A stretch of DNA of 64,000 bases from Penicillus capitatus (taxonomy: Eukaryota; Plantae; Chlorophyta): positions 893,635 through 957,634 of the forward strand of contig OZ287697.1 in assembly GCA_965649825.1 (NCBI GenBank). Direction: 5' to 3'. Positions 1-10,829 of the stretch are shown here, in pieces. Position 1 is the stretch's first letter. Each line of letters opens with the position of its first letter. The notes beneath the pieces are model-generated. The model saw only the letters and a list, made by a program, of their open reading frames with translations. It was not told the DNA's origin and ran no database searches. A program made the position numbers and the translations under genes.

Positions 1-879
1 ACAGCACCACATTCTGCGTACGATGAAGACAGGCCCCATCTGTCAAAGCCAACAGCTAGCAGGGACTGTTTCCGTTTGTTCGTGGTCGACAGTGTGCCTA
101 CAAGGCGGACGACGTAGTGAGAATCGCGTACTCAAGGAGGCAGCTAAGCCGGCATGAAGACCTCGGGTGCATCGAAAGAATCTCTCTCGACAAACCGGCC
201 TTTCTAATCTATTGATGCCTTTGTCAAACCCGGTGAGAATAAGGTTCATGTGGTACATGGCTTCAGAGAGGTAAATGGGTGCTTTTCAACAGAGGGACGG
301 ACCCGAATTGAATGTTAAGGGAGTAATTGATCACATACCAGTTAATTAAAGGGGTTTTAATCGCAGGTTTGCAGAATGGATCCTTTTCTGTGCCCGTCGG
401 ACCTTCACTGAGACACTTGTTCGGGTTTGAATGCGAAAAAAGCAGAAGGATGGATCTACAAGAGGTTACCGAAATGATTCTCATTCTCGCCGATGTCGTC
501 TGCCGAGAGAGTTACTCCCATGATTGATAGCACATGGGCCCTTGAGTTTGCGGATGCCTTCATTTTGAGAAGATAGAATCCCGAAGATCACTGTGATCCC
601 ACTGCGATAGCTTGATGAATCCTCTGTCGACGAGCAAGAAAACGGGGTTGCTTTCGAAGAACGTCGGATACAAGAATTCAGACTACTCGTAGTATACGGA
701 CGGTCATTTTACACGTTCTTTCGTCTTAGGTTCCAAGACACCAATCAAATTAGATCTTCGTCTGTTATTGGCCTTGAAACCGTCGCAAAAGGCCGAGGCA
801 TGTGTTCAAACGCCTGCCGAATCATCGGTTGAAAGCCAACCTTACCGAAATGAAAACATTTAAGGAGGAGATCCCTTTG

Positions 880-1545
880 TGAGATACCAGTTAAAGGAGG
901 GGACGCAATAGCTGTTAGAGTATCTTGCAGAAAAGTGGGAACAGCTTAACTACAAGAAGACCAACCATGAAAGACTTCGAGGGACGCATTAAAATTTTGT
1001 CTTTCGCTCGGAGTCGTGTATCAGACACAGAAGTGAAATTAAAACGTTGAGACGACGGTGGCAAAACGTCAAGAGTGAGGGAGTGGAAGAAAATTCCCAG
1101 AGAATATCAGTCCAGCGGTGAGAAGGGTTTACCAACATAGTCTCTCGGGTCGAGAAGTATCGAGTGTGGCGAGGAACAGTTCGGAGTTATTTGCGATCCA
1201 CGCTAACTCGACTAACTGAAGCCTCAACGCGCCATACCAGGTGGAACGCTCAGTGCACGACAATCGACAGCAGCCACGGGGACGGCAAACAAAGGAAACC
1301 GGCGCGACGGAGGAAGATGGCTTGGGGTTCATCAAGCGCGGTCGGATGTCCTACCCTGCAGATGTAGGGGGCATGTTGCGAAAGATTGTCCGCAGGCGCG
1401 AGAATCTGATAGCAGAAATATGAGATCTGATGACACCAGATACGCCTATAAGATCGGAACACCACAGGATCTGATTTCGGAAGCGGCGCGTCCAGGACTG
1501 AACATTCTGTCAACCTTTTTTCGTCGGACATTCACCTTGGCCACT
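880..1545 (+). mobile_element. Decayed LTR-retrotransposon gag-like relic
   Basis: 1347-1392 reads TGT CCT ACC (c) TGC AGA TGT AGG GGG CAT GTT GCG AAA GAT TGT CCG. This is a C-x2-C-x4-H-x4-C zinc knuckle (CPTCRCRGHVAKDCP) once one inserted base is removed. Flanking reading frames are protein-like but interrupted by stops. No pol or LTRs recognised. Confidence 0.4.
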
Positions 1546-2020
1546 AAATGTCTAGGCATTCATTTTTAAAGGTTTTTTGGCCTGTTTTCGCAGGTAGGTG
1601 CAAGTGTTGTGTCGACCTTTTCTAGACGGTTGTCAATCGTGCCTCCGGATCCTTGGATATAGCACCGTTTCAATGGTTTTGAGGACACGGTTATGCGACT
1701 GCATAGACAGTCACGTCACTACGCAAGTACTAGTGGACGATCGAGCTTGTTTGCTTTGCCGGACGATAGTTTTTCGCGCTATTGTCGTGTGAGAATCGTT
1801 CGTTGTTAGATCATATTACTCCACGCGCAACATACTCACACGTTAGCGATTGCCATCAATGTCTTTGGTGCTTTTACAAAAAACGCGATAAAAAAGTGTT
1901 CTGACAATGTATAGACGTGAGCGAAAGAGATGAAAGGATAGCTGTTGCGGGTAATGGACTTAGCGAGCGTCAAATGCGGCGTCGTAGGCGAGAATCAACA
2001 AACCCTTCTCGCTACAATCT

Positions 2021-2773
2021 TCATTCCTCACAAATACCACCATTATCTTTGAATTGGCCGCCGAGTTGGTCGATGGTCTGCAGCAGAATGACATTTTGTG
2101 CGGACATTGATAACAAAAAATTGCGAGCTTACGTCTCTGACGGTTTTGTTTACAGTGACATCGTATGGAAGCTTGCCGTTTGGGTCGCTTGAATCGGGGC
2201 ATCTTTTGCAGATGTCTGCGCCAAATTCGACCAGATGTTTCACGATGCCGGCACAGTTCGGGTCGTTTTGAATCGCTGCGACACACAGCGGCGTCTCGTT
2301 ATCATTGTTCAATGTATCTGGCTCGGCATAGTTCAAGCTATTGGGGTCATCTCCAGCCGACAAAAACACCTAAACGCGCCAATTCACGACAAGAAACTCA
2401 TCAGCACACAACGTACGTATGCCATTGGTGTGTTACAGTATTCCGCCGCTTCGTGTAGAGGCGTGTTACCATTAGCGTCTCTGATATCGACATCGCATTG
2501 GAATGGTTCTGATATCATCAAGTCTGCGAAGGCGACAGCTTCTGAATTTGCCGTTTTGTGCAAAAGTTTCTTATATTCATCGTCCGGCGATTCACAGAAG
2601 CACTGGCAAATCTCTCTGTTGTTGTTTTCAATTGCTTTGAGAATAACTGATTCGTCTTTCTTTTCGGCGGCATCGCACCACTTAGACGTGCACCTGGATG
2701 CCCCCGGATGGGCGTCTGACTCGAAACTCGTCAATGTGAGTAAAGAAACCAAGAGCAAATATGAACGCGACAT
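2021..2773 (-). CDS. Secreted cysteine-rich ankyrin-repeat protein (3 exons)
   Basis: Hydrophobic N-terminus MSRSYLLLVSLLTLTSFESDA. Ankyrin motifs DANGNTPLHEAA and NETPLCVAA...LVEFGADI. A 47-nt and a 55-nt GT-AG intron join the ORF-track pieces in frame, ending ...GGICEE* at 2021. Confidence 0.8.
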
Positions 2774-2999
2774 TTGATGCCGGCGGATACTGAAATGAAT
2801 AGACTCGTCACGGAAAAAAAAGAAGACCAGGCCCAAAGTCGAATGCATCTCCGCACCGGAGCGACCGCTTAAATAGTATAGGTGGTTAGCTTCTTCGTGA
2901 CGCGGTTCGTACTGAGGTCCTTGTTCGTCTGTCATCTACGCGAGAATTTCGTCTTCTTCGTGTGCCACCTCAGCGTACGTGCTCGGAATCGATGACCGA

Positions 3000-4450
3000 G
3001 ATTGGAAAGTCTCTTGAACCGTTGCTTCAATTCTGCCTCGACCACGTCTTAGAACAGAGCAGAAAAGAATCGGTTCTTTGCTTACATGAAGTGTGACGGT
3101 CAGAATGCTTGCTATCGTCCGAAAGGAAGCTGTTGCGACTTATCCGCTTCGTAAGGCGGCAAGGTGGAGAGCGACCGGAAGTATTTGCGACGCGGCTTCG
3201 TCATTCGTTATCCGTACAAAGACGAACAGGGTTCATTTCAATTTCCATTTCGGCACGGAACTCCCATAAAGCTTTCCTATCTGCCCTCTGTTTCGCGGAT
3301 GCTCGTTCTTCAAAGAATCAGACGCTGAGACGGCACCGTGTCGCGACGCTTGTGTTCGATACGGCTGTTATCCATGCTGAACATCGATATCGTGAGAGCC
3401 GACGTTTCTCTGTCGTTTCTCTTGCTTGGATGAGGAACGAGCATCGGTAGCATTAGTCGAACCACTAGGAGACAGGAGGTCTCCGACGCGGTGCGCTACA
3501 GGCGACAGGAACGAACGACCGGAGTGTATGCGTACTCCATCCGTTACACAGGATTTCCACGATAGCACGGACCACAGTTCAAGACTCCAAACAGATCCCC
3601 TGTTCGGCTGAAGAGGCCGAAACTAAGGTGGAGTGGCCGAAGGTGAATCTGCGAATGGGCGTGTTCTGAACCGGATAGCTGCCGTACGCCAGTAGTCGAG
3701 GCCAATCCGTCATCCCTTTCTTTGCCGAGTAGAGCAGCGGAGTCACATTGAAGCAAGAAAGGCGGTGCTGGGTTGATGCTTCGAGTGGTGAGAGACCTTC
3801 GGCGAATTTCTGACGTGAACGACCTCGTGGAAGCAGGTCAAATCCGCGGTCCGCCTTTCTTCGACATGTTGCCCGATTGAAAAGGATCTCACCCACGCCA
3901 CCCTATAAGGCAATTGTTCCATCCTCGTCAGCCTTTTTCTCGCCGAAGGTGCTGTTGGTGTAAACGATTTTTCGGGTGCCATTCCCTTGTCTCCTTGCAG
4001 AAACAATGTTTCCTTCAAGATAGACGGCTCCACCTTTGCTAGTGTCAACGGCAGCGTTAAACTCGAAAAGAAAAGAGGTGAAATAAATGCCGTGCGCGTC
4101 CTGACTGCGAACACTCCCTCCCGAACCTATCGCTCGATTGTGAGAGACTTCACAGGAAGAAAAGCCAGCAGAAGACGGATATTGCAGAGAAATGGCCGAA
4201 TCATTACAGCGGCAAAAGTTTGATTGGAAACTGAAATTACTGATTATTAATGAAGATGGCGTATGGGATGTGTTGTTTGCTATGCCTGCACAATGGAAAA
4301 CAATCATCTACTGGATTCCCATGACCACTCTGTCAGCATATCCGAAATGCGCCTTCGGGTGATTTTCAAATGCAACTGATAGAGAAAGGGCGGTCTCCGT
4401 TGAAACCTCTGAAGCAATTGATATCATCAGCAGGTGTGTTGAATCCTTTC
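3000..4450 (-). pseudogene. Disrupted beta-helix (polymorphic-membrane-protein-like GGA[IV] repeat) gene
   Basis: ORF 3903-4307 has the repeats HNRAIGSGGSV, FNAAVDTSKGGAVYL and NSTFGEKKADEDGTIAL. It is bounded by in-frame stops, with frameshifted continuations on both sides. Boundaries approximate. Confidence 0.45.
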
Positions 4451-5275
4451 CGACAGAAGTGGTCAGCTCATTTCGGTCAAGCGCGTGTTTTTAATCTTCG
4501 TAGGTTGTTTGCATCGTATCGATGTTGTCCAATAATGTTAGATCTTACTTTCGATGCACTTGTAGAGATCGCACTAGCTCGTTGTTCTGCGGCAATGTCG
4601 ATCTTGTCTTTCCTTTTTCTCTAAATGTTCGACAGAATGAGAAAACTAACTTTATGGGAGCCCTAGACGCCTACGACTTGAATCTGGCTTATCAGGATTC
4701 CGTTACTCCCTTGTTACCCGGTTTACAAACAAAGGGGTCAGCTTATTAAGTTAAGGTGCCACAGACAGGGATCGATCGAACTTTTCTTTTGACCTCGGCA
4801 ACAAAGTCGAAATGCAATTTCTTAGTATTGTTAACTTATTAGTGGTCTATTCCCCATCCACTAAATACAATACACCGATCAACTGCTACGGAAAACAGTC
4901 TATTTGCAGTTAAAGGTGCGCAGAAGACACCGTAGACGAAAACTGGCGCGGGTCGATGAGATCACCATTGGATTTTGTTTCTGGTCATGGCAAGGCGCGA
5001 TAATCGCCAAGTGAGAGACGAAAACGAACACAGCGAAACTGAAAAGCTGCAAGACAAGCCGACAAACACTAAAAGCGAGAAACTATTTATCTACACAAGG
5101 CGGTGTTTAACAACTCTCCAAGTCACAGAAACCAGAAATTAAGAATCCGCGGTCCAACAAAAGCTGTGGGTGAAGTGCAATAAAAAACTGGGAAGTGAGC
5201 GATGTTGTAGGTTGTGCTCGCGGAGTGAAGTGACGTTTGACTCGTTTCTGCTGACGTCGGACTGTCGCGGGGAAA

Positions 5276-6620
5276 TGGCGCGTTCTGATTGGCCGAGAGC
5301 GGGGTCGAATTTGTTCCAGACGTCGCCTCCTCGACTACAAAACGCACTAGACCATTCCTTTTTCCGCATTTTCTGTTTTTCCGAATATGTGTAGGTTTTT
5401 GGAGTGCGCAGACAGAGACTCCTGACGACGAGCTTATTCAAGTGGCGTCCGTCTATCTCGCCGACGCTGTGCCAACGGGGGTTCTTTGTCGACTTAGGTT
5501 TCCTCCGCAGGTGTGCGCCGGACACCGACAAGTTCTCCGCAGTCTCCGACGGATTGAAGGTTTGTCCTCGCATGTTTGTAAACTCCGACGACGAATGCAA
5601 ACAGCAGCAGGTCAATCTAGAAGTGGTCCAAAAACTGCCAACGGGAGAGCAGCTGAGAGAGCAAAACGAAAGACCTGCCGAAGCCGAAGGACATCTTTGC
5701 CGAAGGTAACCTCCCGTCTGCAGTAAGACAGCGCCTAAACTCTTTTAGAAGCCTTAGGGGACGATGCGACAGCGGGGACGGACAAGTGAGAGAAGAAGCC
5801 AAGACCTCGGATACGGCAATATCAACGTAACACTCGTTTCGTTAACGCTCTGCTAATGACGTGTTTGTGCTCGACAGAATTATTGGACGTTTCAGAGGAT
5901 AATAAAGAATGGAAATGATCGAGTCGAGCTCAGTGCACCACTTCTGACGGTAAGGTCTTCTTCAAAAGTTACGATGATGTAAACGTGTACCTTGCATCAC
6001 AGGGTGATCGATGATCTGAACGGAAAGGCACGATGGCTAAGATTGAAGAAGGATCTGGACAGGTAGGACTGGGCTTTGCCGCACAAATGACATGTAGATC
6101 GTGTGCAGGTTCCTCCTGAGAAGACGCCGAATGCGATGGGGAAGGCAGGTTCTGGGAGTGTGCGCGTGCGCAGTCCACTGACGCGACACTGTTGACTCGG
6201 GGTGCGGGAGACGAAGACCGGGAATCGCCTCCCAGGGAGACACGAAGCCGTGGTCCGTCGTACGCTTTCGAAGTGACGGACAGGGACTACTAAGAGCGTC
6301 CGCGAGGACGCCGAACAGTAAGCCCTCCGCCTCGCCTATGTGTTTACTTTTAGGCGTTTCGTCTACGGACGGAATTCCTCCGGCGGGCCCAGTAGTGTGC
6401 TCCCATCATTCCTTCCTCTGTCTCGCACCTCGGACCTCGCAGATCCGCAGGATCGCGGCCGATGGGCTGCCTGTTCGACAGGCTTCTTATGGTGGTGGCC
6501 ACCGCCCCTCAATTTTTGAGATCTCCTTCCTTCCTCACTCAGGTCCCTCGACAACCGGCTTCGGTTTCGAGGGCACCCTAATTTTTGTCCGGCGATCTAT
6601 AAGCCAGATGGGCGCCACAT
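5276..6620 (+). CDS. Possible multi-exon hypothetical gene; structure unresolved, may be degenerate
   Basis: Several intron-like GT...AG segments of ~42-55 nt (e.g. 5707-5748, ~5827-5877, ~5951-6003) lie between open stretches. I could not build one uninterrupted frame or recognise a domain. Confidence 0.25.
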
Positions 6621-7399
6621 GACTGAACAGATCCTGTCCTATCATGTGACGCCCATCTGGGATATATTTCGTTAGACAATGACCCTGTTATTCTGCATTG
6701 CCCACTTCTTCTCTGTCAATTAAAGATGCCGTTAATCCAAGTCATCTCACAGTAAGTAGCTCCCGATCTCTCTAGCAAATCGTTGCCAATCATTGTGGAA
6801 CAACTTCATTTTTCCTGCGAAGGGTTTATGGACTCCAGCGTTTTAAGCGTCCTTTGCTGCGTCTGTGATGAAGCATGCGATTTGACTAAACGTGATCGAT
6901 GGCATGAAAAGCCGCAGACAAGAAGGTTTCCTGACAATAAGCAAAGAATCCGTCCATAGGTACCAGTCAAGTCAGCGAGATGATACGCTGGCGTACTCTG
7001 CGGATCGTGTACGGAATCGGCGGCCCGTCCGCCTACTTTTGAATGTATAAACTGTGTCCCATATCATTTTCTCTAAGGAGACAAGCAGCATTACATGTAC
7101 TACTGCTCGATATGTTCAATGAAAGGTGCCGATGTTATGTCAGCATTCGTTTGCAGTAGACTGCTTTCTGTCATAAACACCAGACACACTTTGTAAGAAT
7201 GAGCACTAGATCGTCATTGTTTTGTTGCCTCAGACGATTGCACTTGCATTTCCGCCTATCCACTCCGGAAGGAGATGCAGACGGACAGAGACTGGAAGAG
7301 ATGGAAACCACGTACGTATATTAAGCACCGGACGCACCGCTCGACTGCTATGAAGGCAGCACCCACATGCCTCGCACATCGACAGCGTCTCTATCGCTG

Positions 7400-8310
7400 C
7401 TTCCGTTCTCGACCGGATTTCCAGCGATCTTGGCAGCCTCGTTGATGCGAAGCAGGAAACACGACAATCTTTACTCCTCCTGGACTCAGGAAACAATGAG
7501 TTTCTTGTTGTCGACCTCTGAAGAAGAGTAAGCATACTTGGACTGTCTGGTTCTTGCCAGGAGTGCTGTAGTTTCTGCCATTGCCGAGTTTGCTTACGGA
7601 CTCGGAGGCGATTTCCAAGGCCTTCTCATCGCCGCCGTCCTCGTCGTCGCGCTCTCCGTGCACACAGACTGCAGACCCTTCAAACGCGATTTGGGTTATC
7701 TCAACATGTTAGACAGTCTATCTCACTTGGTGGGCTCTAGCACGTTTCTATGCGGCGTCATTCTTAGCGAACAACGATTCACTAGCGTTGTGCCGAAAGA
7801 AATTCCGGTTGCGGTCTCGCTGTCGGTAACATAGACTACCCGCTGCTCTGCCTTCCTTTCTAGGGAGTTTCGAGTTTGAAGCTATTTGAGTAGAGATGGA
7901 GATACTTGGAATTCGATGTTGGTGAGAGAGAGAGAGAGAGTTCCACAGAGTCGCGTTTGCATGTGCCGCGTATCAGTTCTCGCTTTTGTGCGCAAAACTC
8001 CGGGAAACGCTCACTTTCAACGGAACACGTGCTGCAACATCTGAACACTCTGTCGAACTCTGCCCTCTTCATCCGAGCCATTGAATCCTGCGAGGCTCTC
8101 ATCCAGGAAATAAGGCGAATAAACAACCCCACATTGCTGCTTCTGGTTGTTCATGTGCGAAATCTAGTGATCGGCTGTACTCGAATATTAGATGAGTGTG
8201 GGATTTGTATAGCGACTTCCAATTCTGCAGAGAATCCGCGCCTCTTACCGAGCGAGGTTCGATCGCGCCGTCTGACTGGATGCATGCGGTCATCCTCCCG
8301 GCAGATCTGA
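7400..8310 (+). pseudogene. C-terminal multi-transmembrane fragment of an algal receptor-like membrane protein, with a premature stop
   Basis: Frame reads SFLLSTSEEE*AYLDCLVLARSAVVSAIAEF...QGLLIAAVLVVALSVHTDCRPFKRDLGYLNMLDSLSHLVGSSTFLCG. This matches the GFLY..Y...YWE....RK / Q....L.LH....PF....LN.LE..S pattern of such proteins. The TAA at ~7528 lies in a GTAAGC, so an intron cannot be excluded. Confidence 0.45.
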
Positions 8311-8463
8311 TTTGGCAGCCATGCAAACGCGCTTGGCTGAAATGTTCGTGTTCATCCGTTCGTCTGCGCTGAACGGGGCGAACTGGATGACCAACGGTTG
8401 TGAGGAACAACGCGCCTTTCTTGCAGAACGGCGATATTCGCGCCGTCCCTCGCTTGGGCTCTC

Positions 8464-9000
8464 TCAGAGGTATTCAAACGACACAGACACAAGGGTCATC
8501 GCACCGAAGAGCTTTCTCGGCGAAATCGTCACTCGAAAGCGGAGATTTGATCCCAAAATCGCGAAACTCCGTCCTGCTCCCGCTGCCAAACCTAAAACGC
8601 CTAACGACCAGAGCGCGTGTCTGCTGTTCGCTTGCAAACAGATCGTCTGACGAAAGCATTCCGACAGACGCCACTGAAAGCTGTCCGTTTTGCGTTCGTG
8701 TGCACCTCGAAGCAATTATCTTTTCCGTCGAGTCTCGCCGCGTCTGCGCTACTAAAGATGCTGGTCACCAACCTCCGGCTGTTGTTTTGCTGGCAAGAGT
8801 GCCTCCACAGTCTGCAAAAGATCCCACGTTGCAGTTGACGCCGATGACGATGCTGCAGCGACAGAGAGATTTTCGCTTTCCATTCTTCTGACAGGAATCG
8901 AGTGCCGGGCGCATTGGGGCGACCGGCCCTGCAACGGGAGAACCGTTCGGCGAAGAAACTCTGGATACAGACGCAAACTTAGTGTGACGTACCTTGCGTG
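8464..9000 (-). other. ATG-less open stretch, possible exon(s) of an unidentified gene (weak PH-like motif)
   Basis: A long stop-free frame follows an AG|GTACGT...CAG intron-like segment and contains LDGKDNCFEVHTNAKRT. No complete gene model. Confidence 0.2.
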
Positions 9001-9270
9001 CAGAACCGTGACGAGTGAATGAATGGCCATACCGTGCTGCGAAGCGACGTGTTTTTCTGATGCACCAACACCATTCGCCGAGCCCTTTCGCAGAGGAGAC
9101 TGACGAATTGCACACCTCTGCCGCCGTCGCCCATCAAGAAAGAGACTCGACGAGTGATAACGCGATTCGAAGTGGAACGTCGTGAACCTCGCAAACGCTA
9201 ATTAACCCACAGATTTTAAATCTAAACAGGCAGTCGCCGTGTCCCTGCAAAAAACTGCGATGCAGGTTGC

Positions 9271-10470
9271 TTAAGAGATGGTGGTGATGAGTTCCACGAC
9301 CTTCCTGCCAGTCGAAATCAAATAACAACTGATCTTGCTGTCCGTGAGAATGACGCAGGATGGCTTATCGAAGAAGCGCGTGTCGATCGAAAATCGATTC
9401 CATCCGCTCCACTCCCATCCATCTAGAGTGTTTCCGTAGAGAAACATATCTCTACCGATGGCAAAGCAGTAGACTGTGGATGGTCCTGTCGAGACACATT
9501 CGGGAGCGGATTCGAATTTGCCTCCCAGATTGAACCATGCACTCCACTCTCCGTTGAATGTCTTGTGCATGATTTCGTTGCGCATGTCCAGAGCGAAGAG
9601 GTGCATTTGCTTCCCAGGCCATGATGTGACACTCGGTCTTTCCCTTGTCCACAGCTCGAGATCGAACCAAGGTCCCCAGACAGGTTTCGGAACTGCATTC
9701 AGAGTTCGTGCTTGAAGTTTATTGCCAGAGTTCACGGCAAAGTATGTGGTCGAGTTCTCGTCAAATGATCCATACGTCGGCCGTTTCCTAATGGAACCAG
9801 CAAGATCTTGAATTTTGAGTGAAAATGTTCCTTTCGTGGAGAGAATACGATACAAACGGGCGTTTATGTGCAAAACTACGCATTCGACCACTTCTGACGT
9901 TCTCACAACGCAGGATGGCGTTTCCTTGACAATGTCAGTTCCTTTCTGCCATTTACTCCACTCCCCATCCGCGTACTGTTTGACTATGATGTGGTTGGCT
10001 GAATCGGTACTCAGTATGTCGACGAAGTCTTCTTTTCTGCTGACACAGTCGATGTCGCCCGTAATCCAGCCGCCGAGGTTGTCCCAGTCGCTGTACACTC
10101 CGTTTTCCACGCTCATGTGCAGAACGTTCGACCAGGGTCCGCGTATGAAACAGTCCACGCGGCCCGGCTTGCTCGACACGCAGCACACGGAGCCTTCCGA
10201 CTCGATGCCGAGAACGCGCACAACGTCGCCGCTCGAATGCTTCTCGAAGAGAGCGATTTGAGGTGTCTCGGCGAACAAGGCAGGCGATTCATCTTCCTGC
10301 ACACCTTCATCCTCCAGCGGCACTTCATCTTCATTCAAGGGCGGGGTCTTGTGCGAAAAGAAGGGCTCCAGTTCGTGCATGCTATGCACTGCCTCGTTGG
10401 CGCATCCTGACCCTATGATGCTCAGCAGACAAACAAGGAACGCGCAGAGATTCGCACGACTCAGACGCAT
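9271..10470 (-). CDS. Secreted seven-bladed beta-propeller lectin-like protein, PLL/DUF346 type (copy 1, intronless, 399 aa)
   Basis: Signal peptide MRLSRANLCAFLVCLLSIIGSG. Acidic linker, then seven ~45-aa repeats of the form P.CVS....v.CF.......h......W..W..LGG (e.g. ESAPECVSTGPSTVYCFAIG, WSAWFNLGG). Confidence 0.85.
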   Translation of the reverse strand: MRLSRANLCAFLVCLLSIIGSGCANEAVHSMHELEPFFSHKTPPLNEDEVPLEDEGVQEDESPALFAETPQIALFEKHSSGDVVRVLGIESEGSVCCVSSKPGRVDCFIRGPWSNVLHMSVENGVYSDWDNLGGWITGDIDCVSRKEDFVDILSTDSANHIIVKQYADGEWSKWQKGTDIVKETPSCVVRTSEVVECVVLHINARLYRILSTKGTFSLKIQDLAGSIRKRPTYGSFDENSTTYFAVNSGNKLQARTLNAVPKPVWGPWFDLELWTRERPSVTSWPGKQMHLFALDMRNEIMHKTFNGEWSAWFNLGGKFESAPECVSTGPSTVYCFAIGRDMFLYGNTLDGWEWSGWNRFSIDTRFFDKPSCVILTDSKISCYLISTGRKVVELITTIS

Positions 10471-10829
10471 GGTGCAGGCGCAACGAGAAAAGCGAACGAC
10501 GGAGCGGCAATGAGAACGGCACCGCACCGAAACAACAGACCTAGGCTGGCTGCTAATGAATTGCAGACCCAATTGATTGTCTGTCTTTAATAATGATTCT
10601 TCGCAGCCGCGCGCTGATGCCTCTGCTTCCATGCAGCTTCCCCCGCGGACTCTCCTTTTCTCCGCGTCCTAGGCACAGGACAAAGCCATGTTTAGGACAT
10701 TGGGTCTCTTCTGCGGGGGAGGTGGACAGTCCAGCAGACTCTGCACTCCCAGAGTACCATCCAGCGTCATGTCATTGAATGGACAGATGGATGTCCACGC
10801 GCGACATTGTTCAGTCAGAAAGGCAGAGG

